DNA of 64,000 nt, from positions 68,417 through 132,416 of the forward strand of contig CATQHX010000079.1 in assembly GCA_958296065.1 (NCBI GenBank), given 5' to 3'. Position numbers and translations under genes: made by a program. How positions within the stretch are numbered: the stretch's first letter is position 1; every line of letters begins with the position of its first letter. A model generated the notes under the pieces. The model saw nothing but the letters and a program-made list of their open reading frames with translations, was not told the origin of the DNA and searched no databases. The DNA comes from Vicinamibacterales bacterium. Its GTDB lineage: Bacteria > Acidobacteriota > Vicinamibacteria > Vicinamibacterales > UBA8438. Of this stretch, positions 47,805-56,109 are shown in pieces.

Positions 47805-49391
47805 GTGGGACGCGCAATCTCCCTCTCGCCGGCCGGCGCCTTCGGGGCGGCGCTGGTTCCCGCGTTCGCCCTGGCGGCGTTCGTTCTCGTCGACCGCGTC
47901 CACGACAACCCGACGCTCTTCCGGGCGTTTCTCGGCGCCGCGCTAGCGCTCGGCGCGTGGAACGTCGTGCTGCTCGTTCTGTCGCAGCGCGGCGGCCGGC
48001 GCCGGACGCTGGAGATAGCTCTCCGGCCGCAGCACTACGTCCAGGCTTGCGCGCAGGCGTCCGTCCTCCTCTACTGGGGCTGGCACTGGGCCCCCGTCTA
48101 CGACACGATTCCCCTCATCGCCGGCCAGCTCGTCTTCGCCTACGGGTTCGACCTGCTGCTCGGCTGGTCCCGGCGCGACACGCACCGGCTCGGCTTCGGT
48201 CCCGTCCCCGTCATCTTCAGCATCAACCTGTTCCTCTGGTTCACCGACGACTGGTTCCACTTCCAGTTCCTGCTGGTGGCAATCGGCTTCGCGGCCAAGG
48301 AGCTGATCCGCTGGGAGCGGGACGGCCGCCTCGTCCACATCTTCAACCCCGCGTCGTTCCCGCTCGCCGTCTTCGCGCTCGCGCTCATCGTCACCGGGAT
48401 GAGCGACGTCACACGGGCGCAGGACATCGCCATCTCGCAGTTCTATCCGCCGCAGATGTACCTGTGGATATTTCTGATCGCGCTGCCCGGCCAGTACCTG
48501 TTCGGCGTGACGACGATGACGATGGCCGCGGTGGTCTCGACGTATCTGTTCGGGCTGCTCTACTTCGCGGCGACGGGGGTCTACTTCTTCTACGACTCGT
48601 ACATCCCGATCGCCGTGTTTCTCGGGATGCACCTGCTGTTCACGGATCCTTCCACGTCGCCGCGGACGGAGCTGGGGCGTATCGTGTTCGGGGTGCTCTA
48701 CGGGTTGAGCACGGTCGTGCTGTACGTGGTGCTGGGCCGGGTCGGGGCGCCGACGTTCTACGACAAGCTGTTGCAGGTGCCGTTGTTGAACCTGTCGGTG
48801 ATTCTGATCGACCGGGCGGCGCGGTCGGAGGTCCTGCGGCGGTTCGATCCGGTGGCGCTCGGGCGCGCGCTGGCGCCGCGGCGGCGGCATCTGGCGTACA
48901 TGGGGGTGTGGGCTGTCGTGTTCGTGGCGATGAGCGCGGCCGGCGGGGTCGGGGACCGGCATCCCGGGCAGTGGGTGCCGTTCTGGCAGCAAGCCTGCGA
49001 GGAAGGGCGGCCGCACGCGTGCGGATTCCTGGCCGCGAAACAGTCGGGGCTGTGCAACATGGGTTCGGGTTGGGCGTGCAACGAGGCGGGGGTGTTGCAG
49101 GCGGCGCTCGGCGGGGGTGGGGCGGTTGGGGAGGGTCGTGATGGTGGCCGCCAAGTCGAGGCGTTGTTCGCGTTCCAGCGGGGGTGCGAGCTGGGGTTCG
49201 ATCCGGCGTGCGGGAACTACCGGGCGATGCTCGACGGCGACAGGACGTTCGAGCGCGCGGCGCCGACGGTGGAGGAATACCCGATAGTGCTCCGGGGCAG
49301 CAAGGGGGAGATCACGGACCGGCAGCCAGCGACGCTGTACGTCCAGGCTTGTCGGCAGGGATGGGCGGGCGCCTGCGGACCGGTCAAATGA
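47805..49391 (+). CDS. Polytopic membrane protein with a Cys-rich soluble C-terminal domain, unknown function
   Basis: GTG start. About 10 hydrophobic helices (…IFNPASFPLAVFALALIV…). The C-terminus has repeated C-x-motifs (ACEEGRPHACGFLA..., GLCNMGSGWACNEAG, GCELGFDPACGNY, ACRQGWAGACG). Confidence 0.6.
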   Translation: MGRAISLSPAGAFGAALVPAFALAAFVLVDRVHDNPTLFRAFLGAALALGAWNVVLLVLSQRGGRRRTLEIALRPQHYVQACAQASVLLYWGWHWAPVYDTIPLIAGQLVFAYGFDLLLGWSRRDTHRLGFGPVPVIFSINLFLWFTDDWFHFQFLLVAIGFAAKELIRWERDGRLVHIFNPASFPLAVFALALIVTGMSDVTRAQDIAISQFYPPQMYLWIFLIALPGQYLFGVTTMTMAAVVSTYLFGLLYFAATGVYFFYDSYIPIAVFLGMHLLFTDPSTSPRTELGRIVFGVLYGLSTVVLYVVLGRVGAPTFYDKLLQVPLLNLSVILIDRAARSEVLRRFDPVALGRALAPRRRHLAYMGVWAVVFVAMSAAGGVGDRHPGQWVPFWQQACEEGRPHACGFLAAKQSGLCNMGSGWACNEAGVLQAALGGGGAVGEGRDGGRQVEALFAFQRGCELGFDPACGNYRAMLDGDRTFERAAPTVEEYPIVLRGSKGEITDRQPATLYVQACRQGWAGACGPVK

Positions 49392-49533
49392 CTTCGGTAC
49401 AGGGATCAGCCAGCCCTCGCTTCCAAGTCCCGCTCCGAGAAATTCATCACCCGAGAAGCCGCACTGCGCACCGTCGCTGCCCCACGACTCGACTCCACTG
49501 CTAAGATCACGCGCGACAACTACAGGAAACTGC

Positions 49534-51801
49534 ATGCCTGACAACCACTACACTCTACGGCCGGAAGCCGGACCTGTCCGGCGCCGGTCGCTCAATCGCA
49601 GTCAGTTCGAGGCGCTGAGGAAAACTGTCGCGGCTCTGTCTGAAGCCGTGAAGGATGCGGCAGACTCGAGCCGGTCAAGCGATGTGGACCACGCGACCGA
49701 AACGGACCGCGTGAGCCGGCTTTTTTTCGTTTCTGGTCAACCAGGTAGTGGAAAGAGTAGCCTCTATGTCACCCTTCGCGCCCTTCTCGGCAAAGATCGC
49801 CGGCACGATGACATCCGCCAGGAATACTGCGAAAGGCCTCCGACCATTCCTTTTTCAGCCTTGAAGGGCAAGATTCGTTGGCTTGAGCCCCTTGACCTCG
49901 AAGTCGCCGTGGACGACGGAGAGAATCTTCTTGCGGCCGTTCTCGTTCGAATTGCCGAGGCGATTGACCATTCGTCCCCGTCTGCCTCGAAGGATTGTCG
50001 AGATGCGATGGAGCAATTGGAGGAATTAGCCAACGACATCGGAATCGCCTGGGACGGCAACCTGAAGGCTCGGGCGGGATCTCTTGATCCGGACAGCTAT
50101 TCCCAGGAAACCATGAGGGCTCAACGGACGAGGCTCCAGACCAATAGTCGTCTGCGTACCGCTCTTGACGCCCTATTGAAGAACGAGTGCTACGCCCTTG
50201 CCGGCGAAGAACTCTTCGTGCTTCCCATTGATGACTTCTACTTGAAACCCAAGGCGTCCTTGGAGCTGCTTCGGCTTCTCAGAATGATCTCTGTTCCGCG
50301 GTTGTTCTTTCTGATCATGGGAGACATCAAGACCGTGGAAGCACTCTTCTTCGAGATGGCTCTTGCCGACTGGACGGCTGTCGCGGGACCTCAGGTTTTT
50401 GCGACACTACGAGAGCGGACGAAGCAAGAGGTCCTGCCGCGGGTTAGGGAGATGAGGGCGCGGTATCTTCGCAAACTAATCCCGGCGGGCCAGCGTGCCA
50501 TCATCGACTGGACGGAATGGGATGAAGGGCTCCGGTTCAGCCCACCCCCGGCGACGTGGGGCTCTGGTCGAGCGGAGTCGTTGTGTAAGCTGTTGTCCAC
50601 AATTCGCTGGAGGAATAGGCCAGACGAACAAGAATGCAATCTTCTCGATTACCTCGTATCTCCGCTGCTCGACAAAGATGCTCTCTGCGAAACGACAGGC
50701 GACTTGGCCCTTCCGAAGTTGGACGATGGCAATCGGAACATGGTCAATAGATTCCGAGAGGCGTATTCGGGTCTTCAAGTCCTTGATGCCACGCCCAGGG
50801 AGCTTCTCGACCTGTGGATGTGCTTGCCCAAGCCCGGGACGAGTGAGGAAGTCTGCGCGAAGGCTGCGCAGACGGATTGTGGTGGAGACAGTCACTTGCG
50901 AATGGTCGTGGAGCGTACGCTCGTCGCAATCGAAGAACAGGATTTTCTGACGGAGGAAGATCAGGAAATTCTCCGGTTTGTTTTTCCGACTAGCAGCCGT
51001 GACGATTTGCAGCTTCGTTCGAATAGGTTGGGTCTGAAACAGAAGACCGGGCCGTGGCGAGGCAATTCAAACCAGGACGTTCTCGTGCGCCCGCATCGCG
51101 ATTGGAGACTCGGCATTCTTGGCCCTAAACCTCAAGGGTCCAAGTGCCGGAATCGTGAGAACAGTCATGAACCGCAAGAAACCAGAGGCCAAGATGTTCA
51201 GCATGACGAAAATGGGAAATCGCACCTCCCACCGCGAGTGGCGGCGTGGATTATTCTGTTGCACGACTTGGCGTGGAACCGGGGCTGCGATAGCGTTCTA
51301 CTAGAGAATCTAGTTCAGAGATTGCGCAAGGAAATCAGGGACCACTCCAACTCGATTGAGTCGACGAGGGAATTAGGTACAATGCAGCCTGGATGGGCGT
51401 GGTATAGGGATAAAGGTAAGGATCACTGGGTCCATTTTCCGCTTCCAGAAGTCGACACCTTTCGAGAGTTGGACCGGTTTCTGGCAATTTGGAGCTACAA
51501 GCCGGGCACGGAACGGCGTGAACCTCCCGTGGATCCCAAGGCGGCCGTCCAAAAATGGGCGATGGCTGCTTGGATAACGAAAGAGGGCTCGGAAAATCTC
51601 TACGAAGAGTACGTAAAATCGCAGGACGACAACCAGGACAAGGGCGATAGCGCCAAATGGTACGAGGAATGCGCCTCGTCGTTGGACAAGAGCGGGAATG
51701 CAGATGGTAGTGGTGGAGCGAGGAAGTTCGCGGACTTTAGGAAAAAGCTCTTCAATGGCCGTCAAGTTCTCTTGGATTGGGCGGGCGAAGGAGGAAAGTA
51801 G
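49534..51801 (+). CDS. Large P-loop NTPase (755 aa), RdrA-like by position and architecture
   Basis: Walker A FFVSGQPGSGKSS (nt 49735-49761). Walker B-like ELFVLPIDDF (aa 226-235). A long helical C-terminal region and a low-GC, charged insert around 51100-51250. The family call rests mainly on the adjacent deaminase gene. Confidence 0.65.
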   Translation: MPDNHYTLRPEAGPVRRRSLNRSQFEALRKTVAALSEAVKDAADSSRSSDVDHATETDRVSRLFFVSGQPGSGKSSLYVTLRALLGKDRRHDDIRQEYCERPPTIPFSALKGKIRWLEPLDLEVAVDDGENLLAAVLVRIAEAIDHSSPSASKDCRDAMEQLEELANDIGIAWDGNLKARAGSLDPDSYSQETMRAQRTRLQTNSRLRTALDALLKNECYALAGEELFVLPIDDFYLKPKASLELLRLLRMISVPRLFFLIMGDIKTVEALFFEMALADWTAVAGPQVFATLRERTKQEVLPRVREMRARYLRKLIPAGQRAIIDWTEWDEGLRFSPPPATWGSGRAESLCKLLSTIRWRNRPDEQECNLLDYLVSPLLDKDALCETTGDLALPKLDDGNRNMVNRFREAYSGLQVLDATPRELLDLWMCLPKPGTSEEVCAKAAQTDCGGDSHLRMVVERTLVAIEEQDFLTEEDQEILRFVFPTSSRDDLQLRSNRLGLKQKTGPWRGNSNQDVLVRPHRDWRLGILGPKPQGSKCRNRENSHEPQETRGQDVQHDENGKSHLPPRVAAWIILLHDLAWNRGCDSVLLENLVQRLRKEIRDHSNSIESTRELGTMQPGWAWYRDKGKDHWVHFPLPEVDTFRELDRFLAIWSYKPGTERREPPVDPKAAVQKWAMAAWITKEGSENLYEEYVKSQDDNQDKGDSAKWYEECASSLDKSGNADGSGGARKFADFRKKLFNGRQVLLDWAGEGGK

Positions 51802-54585
51802 GTGTCGCCCACGCGATTGGCCCGAATACCGTTCGAGCATGTGGAAGCGGAGCTGGCAGCGTTTCCCATCGCGTCGGAAGCCAGCTTCCGGTCAGGGCTT
51901 GTCTGTCTAGAACCGGTAGCCTCCCGTGTCTCGATGCATAGGAACCTGTGGCCTGCCCCGGAGGGCGGCATTCGTACTGCCCGTCAATTGAACTTGGCGC
52001 GCGTCGCGGAGCGTGACATTCTTCTTTCGGTACCATCCGTTCCTCTGGACGAGTTCGTCGCGATTCGGGATCGCGTGTGGTTCGGGAATAGTGCCGAGCG
52101 AGTCGACATGCATACGCCGATTCCACTTGTTCGCTACCTGCGGCGGCTATCGGAACAGTACCTGGATGAGTCCGGTCGGCCGGTGGACCCGCCGTCGTCG
52201 CGAAACGGGAACGAGGATGCGTCATCGCGGGCACGGCTGCGTTGGAGCTGGCTGTGTCGGGCACTCCCGGCAGACTTGCTTCGGGCCGGGCGCGGCGTCG
52301 CGCCGGCCGACGAGTCGCCTTTTTCGTTGAGCCCAAACATCGATCGTCTTCTTCGAGAAATCGGTTATGCGGAGACACACCTCCACCTCGGAGCGGCCAC
52401 GGACTTTTCGTTGCTCTGGGCAAACTTCATGCGCGCTCTGGCGGAGGAAGAAATCCCAGAGGATTCTTTGGAAAGCAGTGGCGCTTGCTTCGACGAAGGG
52501 AGGGAGTTTGCCAAGTGGATTGCGTGGGCGGCCGTTGTTCGCTTGGTCCTTGCCGAGTGGTTGTTTGACGTTGCCCGGGTCCGACAGAACGCGGGGCTGG
52601 CGGAGTTCACGACGGGTACATGGCACAGGCGGATGAAGGGCGGGACGACGAACGACCTGCTCCGTTTGGTTTCGGAGTTCGAGTGGGGCCACCCGGGCAC
52701 GCGTCCGTTGAGCTTTGCTCGAGGGCGGGCGATATATCGGTTGCTGAGGCGCCCGTTGCCGTTCGGTCGGGGCCGCGGGTCGGAGGGGCGTCGGCGGCGT
52801 ACCCGCAACAAATCGGGCCGCGAGAGAATATTCGAGAACGACCCGCTTGCGCGCGTTGTCGGCTGGCAGTGGGGCTCGGGGTCTAGTCCTGAGATGCGTT
52901 TCGTCGAAGAATCACTTAGGCATTTGGAGCGCAACGAAGGGGACAGCGACTTCGCTCGTCTTTTTTGGCAGGTTGTCCGCGTTCGCTGTCTCCTCTACCG
53001 GCACTTGGCGCAACGCCCGATGACGCCTGGCCTGCAGTGGTTCGTGCGCTTTTTCTCTCGCATCAAGCCTGTCCGCGGGCAGCTGCCGAAGGCGGTCAGG
53101 ATGCAGGCTGCGATTCGTTCGGGCGGCGGCGGATGCGGCTTGCGGTCGCTGGAAGTTCGCGTCGGTACGGAGGCTGGGCAGTCGGATTGCCTGGACATCT
53201 TGCAGAAGGTGAACGAGGCCGGGCGTGGCGCCGGGCGGCTTGAAACAGGCGCGGTATTTCATTTCTCACGGGATCGCGGCGGCGGTTGGAGGCAGGGTGT
53301 TCCGAATGCGCACGGACTGGATCACTCATATCCCGGTGTGCCAGCGGACAGTAGGCTGAGGACCAGCAGAGAGGTGGGGAACCCGAGCGGCTTGCGGTTT
53401 GCGCGTTTCTATCTTGAGAAACGTGGTCACGCCCAGGCGCTAGTCAGCGTGCTCCGCGGGTTCCCGCGTGCGCTTCGGACGCTTCGTGGCGTCGACCTGT
53501 GCACGGACGAAGCCGGAGTCCCGGTGTGGGTCATGGCTCCCTTGGTGCGATGGGTGCGGGAATCCGGCCGGACCGCCGCCGCCGTATTGCGGGATCGGGG
53601 GATCACGGACATTCCGCCGCTACGAGCCACGATCCATGCGGGAGAAGACTTCGTGCATCTTTTGTCTGGCCTCAGGCGCCTCGACGACGCGATTCGACAT
53701 CTGGGTCTCGAAGAAGGCGACCGGATCGGGCACGGAATGGCCCTCGGCCTCGACCCGACGACGTGGTTCGAGCGCGTTGGACGAATCGTCCAATCGCGAG
53801 AGGAACGGCTCCTCGATCTAGTCTGGGAGTGGGACTTCTACGCCACTCGAGGTGTGGCGGTCGGGGGCCCGGGCCGTCTCGCCTACCTGACGGGCGCTAT
53901 CACCCGGCTCGCGCGGGAGATGTTCGAAGAAACCTGCGCTCCGGAAGAACTCGTGCGTTTCGTTCGGCTGTTGCACTGCGAACGAGAACTGCGAGCGGCA
54001 GGTTTCCCGGACCGGCCGGGACGCTGCAGCCCGGCCGCCGCACGCTTCCGCGACGACGAAGACCGCCCGCGGACACTGCTGCGGGAGTACTTGGGGAGCA
54101 CGGAAGTCTGGCGGAAGGGACGCGTCCTGGAAACGATCACGCTTCGTGAGCTGCCCCACGAGTTGGATGCGCTTCGCACTGTGCAGGGCGCGCTGCGGAG
54201 GGAGGTGGGCACGCGCGGATTGACGGTCGAGGTCAATCCGTCGTCCAACCTGCTGATCGGCGACCTCGGTCGCATCGACGAGCATCCGATCTGGCGGCTG
54301 CGGCCCGTGCGATTCATCGACGACATTCCGCCTCTGTCGGTCTGTATCGGCAGCGACGATCCGTTGACCTTCGCGACCACTCTTCCCCATGAATACCAAT
54401 TGCTCTTCGACACGATCGTTCTCTCGGACGGATCACACGAGGAGGCGCTGGACTGGCTCGAGCATGCCCGGGCGGCCGGGATGCGCGCGCGCTTCACGCT
54501 TCCGCGGCGTGTGACCCGGACCCCTGAGAGGCTGCTGCCGGCGCTGCTGCGCGGTCGCCGGCCGTCGCCGGTGCAGCCGCCATGA
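51802..54585 (+). CDS. Giant adenosine-deaminase-fold protein (927 aa), RdrB-like
   Basis: GTG 51802 directly follows TAG 51799-51801, with GGAGGAAAG upstream. ADA motifs occur in canonical order: ETHLHLG (H193/H195), TIHAGEDF (H612/E615), RIGHG (H644), VNPSSN, IGSDDP (D852/D853), separated by large insertions. Confidence 0.8.
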   Translation: MSPTRLARIPFEHVEAELAAFPIASEASFRSGLVCLEPVASRVSMHRNLWPAPEGGIRTARQLNLARVAERDILLSVPSVPLDEFVAIRDRVWFGNSAERVDMHTPIPLVRYLRRLSEQYLDESGRPVDPPSSRNGNEDASSRARLRWSWLCRALPADLLRAGRGVAPADESPFSLSPNIDRLLREIGYAETHLHLGAATDFSLLWANFMRALAEEEIPEDSLESSGACFDEGREFAKWIAWAAVVRLVLAEWLFDVARVRQNAGLAEFTTGTWHRRMKGGTTNDLLRLVSEFEWGHPGTRPLSFARGRAIYRLLRRPLPFGRGRGSEGRRRRTRNKSGRERIFENDPLARVVGWQWGSGSSPEMRFVEESLRHLERNEGDSDFARLFWQVVRVRCLLYRHLAQRPMTPGLQWFVRFFSRIKPVRGQLPKAVRMQAAIRSGGGGCGLRSLEVRVGTEAGQSDCLDILQKVNEAGRGAGRLETGAVFHFSRDRGGGWRQGVPNAHGLDHSYPGVPADSRLRTSREVGNPSGLRFARFYLEKRGHAQALVSVLRGFPRALRTLRGVDLCTDEAGVPVWVMAPLVRWVRESGRTAAAVLRDRGITDIPPLRATIHAGEDFVHLLSGLRRLDDAIRHLGLEEGDRIGHGMALGLDPTTWFERVGRIVQSREERLLDLVWEWDFYATRGVAVGGPGRLAYLTGAITRLAREMFEETCAPEELVRFVRLLHCERELRAAGFPDRPGRCSPAAARFRDDEDRPRTLLREYLGSTEVWRKGRVLETITLRELPHELDALRTVQGALRREVGTRGLTVEVNPSSNLLIGDLGRIDEHPIWRLRPVRFIDDIPPLSVCIGSDDPLTFATTLPHEYQLLFDTIVLSDGSHEEALDWLEHARAAGMRARFTLPRRVTRTPERLLPALLRGRRPSPVQPP

Positions 54586-55409
54586 CGCCGAAGATTGCGG
54601 CGGGCGAGTGCGGCGCGGATGTATGGGCGGAGCAGGTCGTCGCAAGTCTGCGCGCTTGCGGGTATTTCTACGACCCAGATTTTTCGTCGAGTGTCGATAG
54701 TGCCGCTGTTCTGGTGCGGGCCGCTGGCGCTCTTGGATCGGTGCTGATTCAGCCCGGGACGGAGGGCCAGCGGCCCGTGCTGTTGACCCGTCCTTCGCAG
54801 CGCGCACCGAAATGGCGGCCGTTCGACCGCCGAGCGTCGATCGGCTGGCACAGTGATTTCTCGACGTGGTCCGATCGGCCGGTACTTAGTCTGTCGTGGA
54901 TTCGCCGCCAGGATCCTGCGGGGCCGGACGCCGGCGCTTGGCGGGTGGCTTCGGTCCGGGCCGTGCTGGCCGAGCTCGCTGGCAGCGCCGAGGGCCGGAC
55001 CCTGGTCGGCCAGTTGTTCCGAGATACCCACCCTTTCGGCTACCTGGATGCCGGTCGGCCCCGGTTCTTTCGCCTACTCAGCCGGAGGGGCCTGCGCTTC
55101 TACGGTCGCGCGCTCGCCGAAGGCGCTCGCCTTGCCTTCGACAAGGTCCCGCCTCGGACCCGCGAAACCATCGCGCTGATCGAACGGGCCGCGGATGCGG
55201 TCGGGGAGACGCTTCCGGCTTCAACCGGCTCGCTGCTGGTTGTTCACAACTGGTTCAGTTTGCATGACCGGACCGAGCAGACGGTGGCCGGAGCCGGAAC
55301 CGGAGCGAGACGGCAGGCGTGGCTCTGTTTCGTCAAGAGCCTCCATCGGCCGCTCTCCGGATCCGATTGCTCATTCGTTACGGGCGCCGCGCAAGCAGAA
55401 ACACGTTGA
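54582..55409 (+). CDS. TauD/TfdA-like Fe(II)/2-oxoglutarate dioxygenase (275 aa), third gene of the RADAR-like operon
   Basis: ATG overlaps the upstream stop (ATGA). HxD motif IGWHSDFS (H90/D92). Distal LLVVHNWFSLHDRTE (H228, R230). Size and motif spacing fit the clavaminate-synthase-like fold. Confidence 0.65.
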   Translation: MTPKIAAGECGADVWAEQVVASLRACGYFYDPDFSSSVDSAAVLVRAAGALGSVLIQPGTEGQRPVLLTRPSQRAPKWRPFDRRASIGWHSDFSTWSDRPVLSLSWIRRQDPAGPDAGAWRVASVRAVLAELAGSAEGRTLVGQLFRDTHPFGYLDAGRPRFFRLLSRRGLRFYGRALAEGARLAFDKVPPRTRETIALIERAADAVGETLPASTGSLLVVHNWFSLHDRTEQTVAGAGTGARRQAWLCFVKSLHRPLSGSDCSFVTGAAQAETR

Positions 55410-56106
55410 ACGCGTTTCGAAAGGGCTCGCCTCGCCACGAATCCAGCAGTTCGATACTCTCGAACCCGACTCTGGAGGCCAGCGCAGCCACCTCGTTGAC
55501 GTCGGCCGCGCCGAGCCGATGTTCTTCGCAGAAGAGTTCGTTCCTGCTCTTGCAGCCGTACACGTAGTGCGCCTGCAATGTGTCCGGACGGTCCGGTGCC
55601 GGCGCGAAGCGGTAGAAAAAAACGATATCGTCTTCTTTGCCGTCAGGCCCCGGCTCGCGGTCTTCTTCAAGCACGCCGGTTGCATTGGGCGCGTGAGCGA
55701 TCTGTAAGATCAGTTGTCCTCCCGGACGTAGCGCACGCAACAGACGGGCCAGTACATCGTGGGCCTCCGCAAACGAGCTGACGTAGTTGAAGGACCAGCT
55801 CAGCGCAACGATGCCGTCATAGGCGTTTCTCTCCCGAAGCTGCTGCATCTGTTCGACACTAACGCGTTCCTTGCCGACTCGCCGCGCCGCGATGGCGACC
55901 ATTTCCGGCGCGGCGTCGATGCCGACCGCGTCGAAGCCGGCGGCCACCGCCTTCCGCAGGAACACACCCGTGCCGCAGCCGATGTCGAGGATACGGGCGG
56001 GTTCGCCGAGCCGTTCCAATACGAAAGCATGGTCGTCCTGGTAGTGGTGCGGCGGCGTGTGCCAGTCGAACCGATCGGCGAAACGCCCGAACAATGCGTA
56101 GGTCAT
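55378..56106 (-). CDS. Class I SAM-dependent methyltransferase (242 aa)
   Basis: Motif I ILDIGCGTGVF, motif II-like AVGIDAAPEMV, post-I acidic residues, LRPGGQLIL. Small-molecule type (no DPPY/NPPY). The 3' end overlaps the convergent dioxygenase gene by 32 nt. Confidence 0.8.
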   Translation of the reverse strand: MTYALFGRFADRFDWHTPPHHYQDDHAFVLERLGEPARILDIGCGTGVFLRKAVAAGFDAVGIDAAPEMVAIAARRVGKERVSVEQMQQLRERNAYDGIVALSWSFNYVSSFAEAHDVLARLLRALRPGGQLILQIAHAPNATGVLEEDREPGPDGKEDDIVFFYRFAPAPDRPDTLQAHYVYGCKSRNELFCEEHRLGAADVNEVAALASRVGFESIELLDSWRGEPFRNAFNVFLLARRP

Positions 56107-56109
56107 CGG

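Noticed and set aside
44880-49544. Very long minus-strand ORFs (44880-47903, 1,007 aa; 47943-49544, 533 aa)
   Set aside because: They are antisense to four plus-strand genes with signal peptides, TM helices or family motifs. The translations are Arg/Gly/Pro/Asp-rich and featureless.
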